Source: a candidate division WOR-3 bacterium (lineage in GTDB: Bacteria > Hydrothermota > Tepidihabitantia > SM23-42). From it: DNA of 64,000 nucleotides. The notes beneath the pieces were generated by a model. That model did no database searches. It saw nothing but the letters and a program-made list of their open reading frames with translations, and was not told the DNA's origin. The DNA lies in assembly GCA_016936155.1 (NCBI GenBank), contig JAFGPO010000081.1:5172-69171 (forward strand), in the 5' to 3' direction. Shown piece after piece: positions 55,292 to 64,000 of the stretch. The number at the start of each line of letters is the position of its first letter. Position 1 is the first letter of the stretch. The translations under genes and the position numbers were made by a program.

Positions 55292-55373
55292 CACACAACC
55301 TCCATTTATTATAATAATATCATGGAGTGCAGGCTCAATCACACTCAGCAGCCTGCCATCTCAAGAAATCCGC

Positions 55374-55401
55374 TTGACAGATACACGATATTGCATATAA
55401 T
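55374..55401 (+). promoter_or_regulatory. near-consensus sigma-70 promoter of rpsL-rpsG
   Basis: TTGACA at 55374-55379, a 16-nt spacer, then TATAAT at 55396-55401. AAGGAGG at 55431-55437 precedes the ATG at 55441. Confidence 0.6.
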
Positions 55402-55440
55402 TAGAGGTTATGGAAAATTTTTTACGAAAAAAGGAGGACA

Positions 55441-55827
55441 ATGCCAACGATCAATCAATTGATACGTAAAGGCAGAAAAAGGGTGACTTCGGCGAGCAAG
55501 GCGCCGGCACTGCAGAGAAACCCGCAGCGCCGCGGCGTGTGTACGAGAGTCTACACGACCACACCGAAAAAACCGAATTCTGCCTTACGTAAGGTCTGTA
55601 AGGTCCGGCTTACGAACGGGTTCGAAGTAACCGCATACATCCCTGGTGAAGGGCATAATCTTCAGGAACACTCGATCGTGCTCGTGCGCGGCGGCAGGGT
55701 AAAAGACCTCCCTGGAGTACGGTATCACATCGTTCGAGGGAAATACGACACCGCGGGCGTGGAAGGACGGAAAAAGAGCCGCTCTCTGTATGGCGTGAAG
55801 CGCCCCAAGGAAACACCAGCGACCTAA
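55441..55827 (+). CDS. rpsL: 30S ribosomal protein S12
   Basis: [13 protein letters not shown]...[11 protein letters not shown]...[19 protein letters not shown]. Confidence 0.97.
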   Translation: MPTINQLIRKGRKRVTSASKAPALQRNPQRRGVCTRVYTTTPKKPNSALRKVCKVRLTNGFEVTAYIPGEGHNLQEHSIVLVRGGRVKDLPGVRYHIVRGKYDTAGVEGRKKSRSLYGVKRPKETPAT

Positions 55828-55838
55828 AGGAGCGATGA

Positions 55839-56309
55839 ATGGGAAGAAGACGTCGAGCACAGATTCGCAGGATCCAACCGGATCCGCGGTTCAACAGCAT
55901 TACGATAAGTAAATTCATAAACTATCTTATGTGGGACGGCAAGCGGATGATCGCACAGAAACTATTGTATGGTGCGATCGATATGGCCGAGAAGATCACA
56001 AAGGAAAATGGATTGGCCGTATTGGAGCGCGCCCTTAATAACGCCAAACCGGTTCTGGAAGTACGCCCACGCCGGGTCGGCGGTGCCACCTACCAGATAC
56101 CCATGGAAGTACGTCCCGCGCGCAAGGAATCACTTGCGATACGGTGGCTCATCAAAGCCGCGCGCGCGCGATCAGAGCATCGGATGGAAGAACGGCTCGC
56201 TCAGGAGATCGTTGCCGCGAGCAAAAATGAAGGCGCAGCGATCAAAAAACGCGAAGAAGTCCATAAGATGGCAGAAGCAAACCGGGCCTTCGCGCACTTC
56301 CGCTGGTAG
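55839..56309 (+). CDS. rpsG: 30S ribosomal protein S7
   Basis: MGRRRRAQIRRIQPDPRFNS...VEVRPRRVGGATYQIPMEV...KKREEVHKMAEANRAFAHFRW. Confidence 0.97.
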   Translation: MGRRRRAQIRRIQPDPRFNSITISKFINYLMWDGKRMIAQKLLYGAIDMAEKITKENGLAVLERALNNAKPVLEVRPRRVGGATYQIPMEVRPARKESLAIRWLIKAARARSEHRMEERLAQEIVAASKNEGAAIKKREEVHKMAEANRAFAHFRW

Positions 56310-56315
56310 ACCACA

Positions 56316-57260
56316 TTGAACCAACAACTCGTCAAAGCCGCACGTATCGTCACTGACGATTGCCTTGGCATACGCCAGCGCGAACAGGTCATTATCGTGA
56401 TCGATGAAACCTGCCGCGAGATCGGCTATGCACTCATGCATACAGCACAAGAACGCACGGATCCGGTGATCGTAGAAATCGTCCCCCGGGATATCCACGG
56501 ACAGGAACCACCATCTATGGTGGCTGAATTACTGAAAAAATGCGATGTTTTTATCATGCCGACGAGCAAATCGCTTTCGCACACGCAAGCCCGCATCCGT
56601 GCGAACCGAAACGGCGCGCGCGGCGTCACCATGCCTGGAATTACCACCGAGATCATGACACGCACGCTGAACGCCGACTATCGCGGGATCGCCCGTCTCA
56701 CTCGCACGGTTGCAGACCTCCTCACCCAGGCCCGTAGCGCACATATAGAAACACACACCGGAACATCGCTCGACCTCGATCTTACACGACGCCCGGGGCA
56801 CACTGACACCGGCATCGTGAAGAAAAAGGGGGATTTCTCGAACCTTCCTGCTGGTGAGGCATATATCGCTCCGATTGAGAACAAAAGCGTGGGAAAGGTC
56901 GTGGTCGATGGGTCTTTTGCCCCGATCGGCGCTCTCCAACAAAACGTCATTGTGGAGGTTGCGAACGGACGAATCACGAGGATCACCGGGAACAAAAAAT
57001 TAAACGCAGTCTTTCACACATATGGGAGCAAAGAACGCACGCTCTGCGAATTCGGAATCGGCACGAATCCGAAAGCCAGGATCTCTGGCAATGTTCTCGA
57101 GGACGAAAAAGTACGTGGCAGCATTCACGTCGCATTCGGAAATAACCTTGCCTTTGGCGGCATCAATGACGCAAAGATACACCTTGATGGCGTTGTCAGC
57201 AAACCCACCGTATGGCTCGACAAAACGCTTATCATAAAAAATGGCACTTTTGTACTGTAA
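56316..57260 (+). CDS. M29-family (aminopeptidase T/S-like) aminopeptidase
   Basis: 314 aa, TTG start. LPAGEAYIAPIE, EFGIGTNPKA, LEDEKVRGSIHVAFGNN. Confidence 0.75.
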   Translation: MNQQLVKAARIVTDDCLGIRQREQVIIVIDETCREIGYALMHTAQERTDPVIVEIVPRDIHGQEPPSMVAELLKKCDVFIMPTSKSLSHTQARIRANRNGARGVTMPGITTEIMTRTLNADYRGIARLTRTVADLLTQARSAHIETHTGTSLDLDLTRRPGHTDTGIVKKKGDFSNLPAGEAYIAPIENKSVGKVVVDGSFAPIGALQQNVIVEVANGRITRITGNKKLNAVFHTYGSKERTLCEFGIGTNPKARISGNVLEDEKVRGSIHVAFGNNLAFGGINDAKIHLDGVVSKPTVWLDKTLIIKNGTFVL

Positions 57261-57270
57261 TCCCTAACTT

Positions 57271-58947
57271 TTGATCGTCTTACTTATCCCCATTCTCATT
57301 TTCAACACCCCCGTAAAAAAGGTGGGGTTTACAGGGAACAAAACGGTATCGAGCAGAACGCTCCGGCACCATATCTTCACGCAAAAAGGATCCGAATATA
57401 ATGAACTGAACATTACGTATGATTGTAATGAAATCACCACGTACTATGAAACACAGGGGTTCTTTTATACTGAGATTTCTCCAAGCGTCATCGCGGAGGA
57501 AAAAGGTATTAAGGTCACGTACGCCATAACTGAAGGTTTACGTAAAGAGATTGAGATCCTGGTCATCAACGGGACCACGCGCGATTCGATCGGTCACCTG
57601 CTTCGTATCAAGGAAGGCGATTTCTTTATACAATCGTTGATACGAAGCATTGAGGACAGCATAGAGACATTCTTCCAAAACCGGGGTTTTCCGTTCGCAA
57701 GTGTAAAATCGTTCGTCCTGCCGGATTCAGCGATTCTCATGATCAACGTCGATAAAGGAACTTCCTATTACATAAGGGATATCACGATCCAGGGGCTTAC
57801 GATCTGTAATCCGCGCGTGATCCATCGTGAGATCGAGATCAAAAAGGGAGCACTGTTCGTAAAAAGGGATCTGATAAAGAGCCAACAGAATATTTACAGC
57901 CTCGGTTTCATCAGCACGGTCGATGTTGAATTGAACAAACACAGTGATGACACCCTCGACATCGTATTCAATGTCCGGGAATTGAAATCGCGCATTCTCA
58001 ATTTCGGGATCGGTTTATCAACACCGCTGGATTTTTTGTTCTCGTTCGGCATCGAAGAATTGAACCTCTTCAACATCGGCCATCGCTTCCAGATACGGCC
58101 GTCGTTCCAGATCAACATCGATCAGGAATGGACCGCGAAATTTGAAAGTCGCTACGCGATCCCCCACATCACGGATCTCCGCCTGACCATCAGCATCCTC
58201 CCGTTCATCTGGTATGAGCATCTTACCGACTACAACTTACAGACCAGGGGCAACGAACTGCGCGTGTCAAAACTGCTGACCAACAATATCCTCATGAATA
58301 TAGCTAACCGGTACAAGCATGTTGAACTCGACCAGAAAACAGGTAATTTGGTTGATGATTCAGTGACCGGCATCACGAACAGTCTTACCGGCCAACTCGT
58401 GATCGACAGCCGCGATGACTTTTTCAATCCCTACAAGGGGATGTATATCGTACCCGCGATCGAATTCGCGGGCGGACCTTTTGGCGGCAAGAATGATTTT
58501 ATTCGCGGTGAGATCGAGACCCGATTGTTCCTGTTCATCTTGGGGAATACGATCGCGCAGCGGGTGCGGGTCGGTTACATCCATCCGCTCAATGGTGTGG
58601 CGTTCTACGAACTCTATTTCCTGGGCGGTCAATATTCCATTCGGGGATACCCGGAACGATCACTCGGCCCTCAGGTATATAGCGAAGACCACTATGGCAG
58701 AGCCCTGGCGAACTACAATATCGAGTGCCGTTTTCACCTGCCGCTGAATTTTGGCCTGGTGGGATTTTTTGACTGCGGTTATATTAATAATGAATTCAAT
58801 CTCGACGAAAGCGAATTTTTAAAGGCTGGTGCGGGTGCTGGACTGCGCTACTATACGCCGATCGGACCAGCGCGTTTGGACATTGGCTTTCCGCTCGACG
58901 GCGAGTACGACCCGGCACTTTATTTCGGTATCTACCATATATTCTGA
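57271..58947 (+). CDS. Omp85-family outer-membrane protein, TamA-like (POTRA repeats + surface-antigen barrel)
   Basis: 558 aa, TTG start. POTRA-like repeats (VKKVGFTGNKTVSSRTL..., YYIRDITIQGLTI...). The barrel ends ...YFGIYHIF. It is followed directly by a TamB-like gene (TGATG overlap). Confidence 0.8.
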   Translation: MIVLLIPILIFNTPVKKVGFTGNKTVSSRTLRHHIFTQKGSEYNELNITYDCNEITTYYETQGFFYTEISPSVIAEEKGIKVTYAITEGLRKEIEILVINGTTRDSIGHLLRIKEGDFFIQSLIRSIEDSIETFFQNRGFPFASVKSFVLPDSAILMINVDKGTSYYIRDITIQGLTICNPRVIHREIEIKKGALFVKRDLIKSQQNIYSLGFISTVDVELNKHSDDTLDIVFNVRELKSRILNFGIGLSTPLDFLFSFGIEELNLFNIGHRFQIRPSFQINIDQEWTAKFESRYAIPHITDLRLTISILPFIWYEHLTDYNLQTRGNELRVSKLLTNNILMNIANRYKHVELDQKTGNLVDDSVTGITNSLTGQLVIDSRDDFFNPYKGMYIVPAIEFAGGPFGGKNDFIRGEIETRLFLFILGNTIAQRVRVGYIHPLNGVAFYELYFLGGQYSIRGYPERSLGPQVYSEDHYGRALANYNIECRFHLPLNFGLVGFFDCGYINNEFNLDESEFLKAGAGAGLRYYTPIGPARLDIGFPLDGEYDPALYFGIYHIF

Positions 58948-61900
58948 TGAAAAAGATCAAGAACATCATCCTTGTCGTATCTATCCTTGCATGCGTCGTG
59001 GTGGCGACGATCGTTCTTTTACGGGTGGATTATGGCGCCCTGGCGATAAGGATCATTGAACACATAGCACACGCGGAGATCACCTACGGAACAATGAATG
59101 GCAGCATCTTCCGCGGGTACCAGATCGAGGACTACTGCATCCGGATGTCGGATACTGACAGCATCTACGGTACAAAGGCAGAAATATTCTACCGTTTTAT
59201 ACCCTCGCTGCTCCGTTTACCCAATCTCTTCGAAGTCACGCTCATCGAACCGAACGTGCATTTCACCCGCAAGCGATCCGAGACACCAAAAAAAGGTGGT
59301 GGTTTCTCGATCCCATCATTCAGTGCTGGTCTGCGTCTCAATATAAAAAATGGAACCGTGATTTACCAGGACGAGAAATACTACACCTTTGACGCAATAT
59401 CAGGTCTCGTTTTCATCGACCTCGTCGGTTCTGCCGTCTACATGAATACAATGAATCTTTCGGTCCGAAGTACCAGCCTCCCGGTCACCATCACCAGCAT
59501 GAACATCGACATGAAACTCACGGGGAAAGAGGTCAATATCAAATCGCTGCGCGTAAAAGGTGCCGGCTTCACTGCCCGGGGCGAGGGCATCTATTCATTC
59601 GAAAACAGGAACGGCGAATTCACGGTCGAAAAAGCACACCTCGACCTCGGGGTACTTGCCATCCATAAAGGATCAATCGATCTCTCCGGCCAGATTAGGA
59701 TTGCACAAGGAATGATTCAGCCCTTTCTCCATGGCAGCGCGCACGGCGTTGATCCGCTCGAGCAGTGCGATTTTGAAACGAACCTATTCGGGGATACGAT
59801 CTTTGTGAACATCGTAGAGGGAAACCTCTATGGCGGCAAAGTGTTCGCCCAGGTCAAGATCCACGAAAACGCGCTCTATGAGATCGACGCCAATTTCCGG
59901 GAACTGGATCTCGCGCCAATCATCGATATCGACCACCCTCTTCTTCTCAGTGGATATATGGCGTATCGTGACCACGGATTCCAGGGATTCGTATCCTCGC
60001 CCCGCGACAGCGGCGTCGCGGTTGAATCGCTCTATGTATGCGGGCATCTGCGCGGCGACTCCATTTACATCGACTCATTGATCCTTCAAGAAACTGAGCG
60101 TCTGCTCTTTGCATCCGGTCGTTTAGCCCCGGCATGTGATATCGTCCTTGAACTGAACGAACTCGCGATCGATCGTTTCGCCCAATTCACATCTCTCCCG
60201 GATACGCTGTTTCAGGGCATTGTGTCAGGCACGTGCCACCTTCTATGCTCGTCGCGACGGATCGAGGATCTTACCATCTCCGCAGCGCTGTCCGGTCGCG
60301 CGCTACGCTTTGATCAGGTTTCGATCAAAGAGGCCCGGGTAACGAGCGACGAATTCCGTATCCGGGACCAATCGAACACGATCGAATGCCACCTTCTTAT
60401 GCCTGCGTACGGATCGACAATGGTTGACAGCCTCTACGTCACAGTTACTGACCACGCCTATTTCGTCAATGCGAAAAAAGGAACCGATTTTATCAAAGCT
60501 CAAGGCGAGCTGCGGGAGAATCTGACAGGGACCATTGCCTCGCTCTCAATAAGATACCATGGAATCGAGACACATAACAACGCACCGACAGACTTCGACA
60601 TCCCGGGCCGGTCGATAAGTGATTTTGATTTCAGCTTTGCCGGAGGGACCTTGCGCGGTTCGCTCGTACCGCTCGCACTCGAACTCAATGACGCTGATCT
60701 TGACAAGATCAGCACACTGCTCAACCTGCCGGATCCGATACATGGTTCCCTGGAATGCCGTATTCGTCGCAATCGTATCTTTGTCACCGCACGGAACGTC
60801 CAGTTCCTGGGGCTTGACAGTGGTGAAGTCCACATCAAAGGTGAGATCGATGACAATACGGTTTTGATCGAAGAGCTGGCGATCTTTGATAGCCTGCAAC
60901 ACCTGAACGGGTACGCGACACTCGCTCCAGAGTCTTCGGATATCCATACATCATTCACGAACGTCGGGATCTGGGTCTTGCCATTCCTCGAAGAAATCAT
61001 GATCGATCCTCAAGGTAGAATCAGCGGTGAGCTCGGCCTTTCAGGGACAGCCGAGGATTTTTCCTTCCGCGGTACCGTTATGATCGAGAATGGCTCCTTC
61101 GACATCGAGCCGATCGCTGCATCCTTTGATTCAGTCCAGGCGGAAGTCCAGTTCGATGGCAAACGGATCCTCTTCAAGAACGGTGGGGGCACGATGAGCC
61201 GGATGGGTCGATTCGCGCCATCCAGCGAACAACGATCGATCGTCCATACCGGCGGATTGATCATCCTCGGTCCGCGTTTTAAATTCAAGAGCATGCATTT
61301 TGACTACAGTTTTCAAGATGCTCCTTTGCAGTTAATGCCGTTCGCGTATGGCGTCGGAAGCGGGAATATCTCCATGGGTGTAAGGAATGACACGACCTAC
61401 TACAACGGTGCGATCACACTGAAGCAGGCGATCGTGCCATTGGAATTCGGGCAACAATTCGAGGAGGATACAACGAGTGAGGATGAAGAATGGACCATGA
61501 ACATCAAAATAAAGGGCGAGCGTAACATATGGCTCAGAAATCGTGACGCGGATATCGAGCTTGGTGGTGAACTCTTCCTTATAAAGGAACGGGGCCCTCT
61601 GTACCTGACCGGCGTGCTCACTACACACCGGGGAAATTACTACTGGCTCAATCACACGCTATCGATCAGCGAGGGCAAGCTCACATTTCTCCCGCAGGAA
61701 CCAGTCCAAGCCGAACTTGATATCTGGGCGGAAATGAACACGCGCGATCGCGACCCGACAACCGGCACGCCGATCATCATAAGATTGCACATGTTCGGAA
61801 CGATCACTGAACCGATATTCGAGTTCTTCTCCGACCCGCCATACTACACGGAGCAGGACATCGTTACCTACTTGAATCTTAATATCACCTGGAGTGAACT

Positions 61901-62234
61901 CGAGTCCATGAAACGAGGAGAGTTCGTCCGTACGGTCCTCCCCCGCAGCATCGTATCCTGGCTCGAGAGCGATGTGTCGCGCCGCATCCGCCAGTACACC
62001 GGGCTTGATTACTTCCGGATCGAAACGCCGTTCTTTGAGGAAGAGAGCAGTACTCGCCTCACGGTCGGCAAATACATTTCCCGCAAACTCTTTATATCAT
62101 ATACCTATGATATCACTTCCTTTGAAAATGAGTTCAATGTGGAATATTTCATCGATGATAAAAACGAAATACTCGTTCGTCGTGATGAAGAGGGCGAGTA
62201 CAGCGTTCAATATCAATACCGGATTAGATTTTAG
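58947..62234 (+). CDS. tamB: translocation and assembly module protein TamB-like (AsmA-family, C-terminal DUF490-like region)
   Basis: 1095 aa. N-terminal membrane anchor IILVVSILACVVVATIVLL. Long beta-rich body. C-terminal block ...TRLTVGKYISRKLFISYTYD...FNVEYFI. Synteny with the TamA-like gene. Confidence 0.75.
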   Translation: MKKIKNIILVVSILACVVVATIVLLRVDYGALAIRIIEHIAHAEITYGTMNGSIFRGYQIEDYCIRMSDTDSIYGTKAEIFYRFIPSLLRLPNLFEVTLIEPNVHFTRKRSETPKKGGGFSIPSFSAGLRLNIKNGTVIYQDEKYYTFDAISGLVFIDLVGSAVYMNTMNLSVRSTSLPVTITSMNIDMKLTGKEVNIKSLRVKGAGFTARGEGIYSFENRNGEFTVEKAHLDLGVLAIHKGSIDLSGQIRIAQGMIQPFLHGSAHGVDPLEQCDFETNLFGDTIFVNIVEGNLYGGKVFAQVKIHENALYEIDANFRELDLAPIIDIDHPLLLSGYMAYRDHGFQGFVSSPRDSGVAVESLYVCGHLRGDSIYIDSLILQETERLLFASGRLAPACDIVLELNELAIDRFAQFTSLPDTLFQGIVSGTCHLLCSSRRIEDLTISAALSGRALRFDQVSIKEARVTSDEFRIRDQSNTIECHLLMPAYGSTMVDSLYVTVTDHAYFVNAKKGTDFIKAQGELRENLTGTIASLSIRYHGIETHNNAPTDFDIPGRSISDFDFSFAGGTLRGSLVPLALELNDADLDKISTLLNLPDPIHGSLECRIRRNRIFVTARNVQFLGLDSGEVHIKGEIDDNTVLIEELAIFDSLQHLNGYATLAPESSDIHTSFTNVGIWVLPFLEEIMIDPQGRISGELGLSGTAEDFSFRGTVMIENGSFDIEPIAASFDSVQAEVQFDGKRILFKNGGGTMSRMGRFAPSSEQRSIVHTGGLIILGPRFKFKSMHFDYSFQDAPLQLMPFAYGVGSGNISMGVRNDTTYYNGAITLKQAIVPLEFGQQFEEDTTSEDEEWTMNIKIKGERNIWLRNRDADIELGGELFLIKERGPLYLTGVLTTHRGNYYWLNHTLSISEGKLTFLPQEPVQAELDIWAEMNTRDRDPTTGTPIIIRLHMFGTITEPIFEFFSDPPYYTEQDIVTYLNLNITWSELESMKRGEFVRTVLPRSIVSWLESDVSRRIRQYTGLDYFRIETPFFEEESSTRLTVGKYISRKLFISYTYDITSFENEFNVEYFIDDKNEILVRRDEEGEYSVQYQYRIRF

Positions 62235-62282
62235 TACGTTGACTTACCTTAAACATTCGTTATACTTAGCTGTCCTAATTAT

Positions 62283-64000
62283 ATGGAGGTTACTTTGAAA
62301 AAACTATCACTACTCTTGGCAGTTGTGGCGTTCCTGTTCGCAGAACGCATTATGATCGTGCGGGACCAGATGCAGCATATACCGCCTTCCCCACCTAATA
62401 ATGACCTGACGCTCATTATGACCGCGGACGACTCATCCCGAACCATGCCGGTGCATCGGTGGCAGCCGATCGAGATCTTCCGGCAATTTCCTATGCGTCC
62501 TCTTGCTTGTGATCAAAGTCCTGAAACACTGAATGTACTTGTGCTGCGGGTCGAATTTATGGAAGATGATGATCCGTCAACGACCGGTAACGGGAAAATG
62601 GATTATATCGGATACGGTTCACCTGGAGACGGTCTCTTCTATGATCCCCCGCATAGCAAAGTATATTTTGAACACCAGATGCAATTTTTAAGTAATTTTT
62701 ACCGGTCTAATTCTTTTGGCAATCTGGTGGTGACCTACACTGTGAAACCGGATCAACCGAACCAATGCTACCAGCTTCCCCACCAGATGAGATATTATAG
62801 TGGATTCGATCGGTACGAGGAGAACACCGGCTATGTCTACTACAATACCTATGCCATGGACATGGGTCTTGTCAGGATCCTGCTCGATGGCGTCGCGGCA
62901 GCGGATGAGGATCCATCCGTGGATTTCTCTGATTACGATGAATTCGTCGTCTTTCACGCGGGAACGATGCTGCAGACAGGTTTGAATTTCTATCGCTTCC
63001 TTGATATCCCCTCCGCGACTATCCCGCCCGGCGCGTTGGAATACTACCTCGGGATCGACTATATCCTCGCGAACGCCGGAACCGATACGATCTACGGTGC
63101 CGGCATCAACTCGGAAATGGCGCGCGTTGACGAGTATATGGTCGGTAGTCTTGGTACTGTGTGCCACGAATTCGGCCATACGCTCGGACTCCCGGATCTC
63201 TACGATATCACGGGCTGGAGCAACGGGGTGGGGGCCTGGGACATCATGTGCACTGGCGGCTGGGTAGGTAATCCACGGGCCGGAGCGCCTGAAGGATCGA
63301 TCCCGGCCTGCCTTGGCGCATGGACACGGTATGCCCTGGGCTGGGTTACGCCGCGGACCATTACTGATCCGGAATCGCTCATATCGATCCGGGCATCAGA
63401 GATCGACACATCACAGTACGGGGTCATGGATCAGACCATGATCAAAATACCGATCTCAACAAAAGAATTCTTCCTGATCGAGAACCGACAGCAGGATATC
63501 CGGCAAAAAGATACGATCGTCATCGATGCTGAAGACGGCGTGCCGATCTATGTTGACTATGGCGAGTATGATTTCTTCCTCCCGGGAAGTGGCGTTCTGG
63601 TCTGGCACGTCGATGATCGCGTGATCGACAGCACGCTCGCGTGGAACACCATGCAGATCTATCCCGAACATAAAGGTGTCGATCTTGAGGAAGCGGATGG
63701 TATCCAGCACTTTGACGCGTGGTGGTATGGCGATTCGATCGAATACTACGGATCGATCTTCGATCCGTTCTACGTCGATGATACACTACACGCAAACCAC
63801 CAATTCGGTCCATTCACGAATCCAAATTCGGATGCTTACTTTGGAAAATCCATGATCGATATCAATGTACGCTCAGCCCTGGACACGGTAATGGACCTCT
63901 CATTTGACATCGGCTTTAACCAGGATGGATTCCCGATCCTCATTCAAGCGAACAATCGTATCCACGCGGTGAGCTACGGTGATCTCGATGGTAACGGTGA
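62283..64000 (+). CDS. M6-family (immune inhibitor A-like) secreted metalloprotease, 3'-truncated by the window edge
   Basis: This ORF is not in the track because it has no stop in the window; I translated it by hand. Sequence: M(EVTL)KKLSLLLAVVAFLFA signal, ...VLRVEFMEDDD..., zinc motif GTVCHEFGHTLGLPDLYD. ATG at 62283, or TTG at 62295 with GGAGG 5 nt upstream. Confidence 0.85.
   Translation, partial: MEVTLKKLSLLLAVVAFLFAERIMIVRDQMQHIPPSPPNNDLTLIMTADDSSRTMPVHRWQPIEIFRQFPMRPLACDQSPETLNVLVLRVEFMEDDDPSTTGNGKMDYIGYGSPGDGLFYDPPHSKVYFEHQMQFLSNFYRSNSFGNLVVTYTVKPDQPNQCYQLPHQMRYYSGFDRYEENTGYVYYNTYAMDMGLVRILLDGVAAADEDPSVDFSDYDEFVVFHAGTMLQTGLNFYRFLDIPSATIPPGALEYYLGIDYILANAGTDTIYGAGINSEMARVDEYMVGSLGTVCHEFGHTLGLPDLYDITGWSNGVGAWDIMCTGGWVGNPRAGAPEGSIPACLGAWTRYALGWVTPRTITDPESLISIRASEIDTSQYGVMDQTMIKIPISTKEFFLIENRQQDIRQKDTIVIDAEDGVPIYVDYGEYDFFLPGSGVLVWHVDDRVIDSTLAWNTMQIYPEHKGVDLEEADGIQHFDAWWYGDSIEYYGSIFDPFYVDDTLHANHQFGPFTNPNSDAYFGKSMIDINVRSALDTVMDLSFDIGFNQDGFPILIQANNRIHAVSYGDLDGNG

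Noticed and set aside
62688-63813. Minus-strand track ORFs 62688..63179, 63200..63427, 63456..63710 and 63520..63813.
   Set aside because: They are antisense to a long open plus-strand frame. That frame encodes a clear M6 metalloprotease (HEFGHTLGLPDLYD) and is missing from the track only because it has no stop within the window.
1-64000. Search for CRISPR arrays, rRNA/tRNA genes, transposases, integrases, phage genes or toxin-antitoxin/defence islands.
   Set aside because: No regularly spaced repeats, no structural-RNA-like stretches outside coding regions, and no ORF with recombinase, transposase or nuclease motifs were seen. The accessory-looking content here is metabolic and regulatory rather than mobile.

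Overview
The window looks like a moderate-GC genome segment from an anaerobic diderm bacterium, with TamA/TamB, Omp85 and lipoprotein-type signals. I cannot assign a taxon from sequence alone.

Positions 22-48155 form one unbroken block of about 47 minus-strand genes. Many junctions are 4-nt ATGA start/stop overlaps.

(1) 3.2-30.9 kb: an unusually dense set of heterodisulfide-reductase-type electron-bifurcation genes.
- It holds three giant tandem-HdrA proteins, three MvhD, two HdrC-like, one HdrB, and a FlxABCD-like set.
- It also holds a NuoE/NuoF/NuoG(N)-type NADH module.
- These are interleaved with 9 two-component or sigma-54 regulator genes and one small 4-Cys ORF.
- The most interesting observation is that one tandem-HdrA scaffold occurs in three versions: uninterrupted; carrying an inserted GltD/NfnB-like NAD(P)H module; and physically split into three ORFs by a NuoE-NuoF-NuoG(N) module at essentially the same site.

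(2) 33.1-48.2 kb: a 19-gene Group-4 [NiFe] hydrogenase / Mrp antiporter operon.
- It has three NuoL/M/N-like subunits.
- It is headed by a maturation protease, a sulfhydrogenase beta/gamma-like NAD(P)H module, a short molybdopterin-oxidoreductase-like protein apparently lacking the Sec/Cys-His active site, and a HycB-like ferredoxin.
- This is a complex-I-like chimera with no characterised counterpart that I know of.

(3) 48.2-64 kb, plus strand: housekeeping and envelope genes.
- These are a cupin, a TrmO-OsmC fusion, two hypothetical secreted/outer-membrane proteins, a SAM methyltransferase, queA, rpsL-rpsG (not followed by fusA/tuf), an M29 aminopeptidase, TamA/TamB and a partial M6 metalloprotease.

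I saw no rRNA, tRNA, CRISPR array or mobile element. All promoter calls are motif matches by eye. All protein calls rest on motifs read from the supplied translations, not on database searches.
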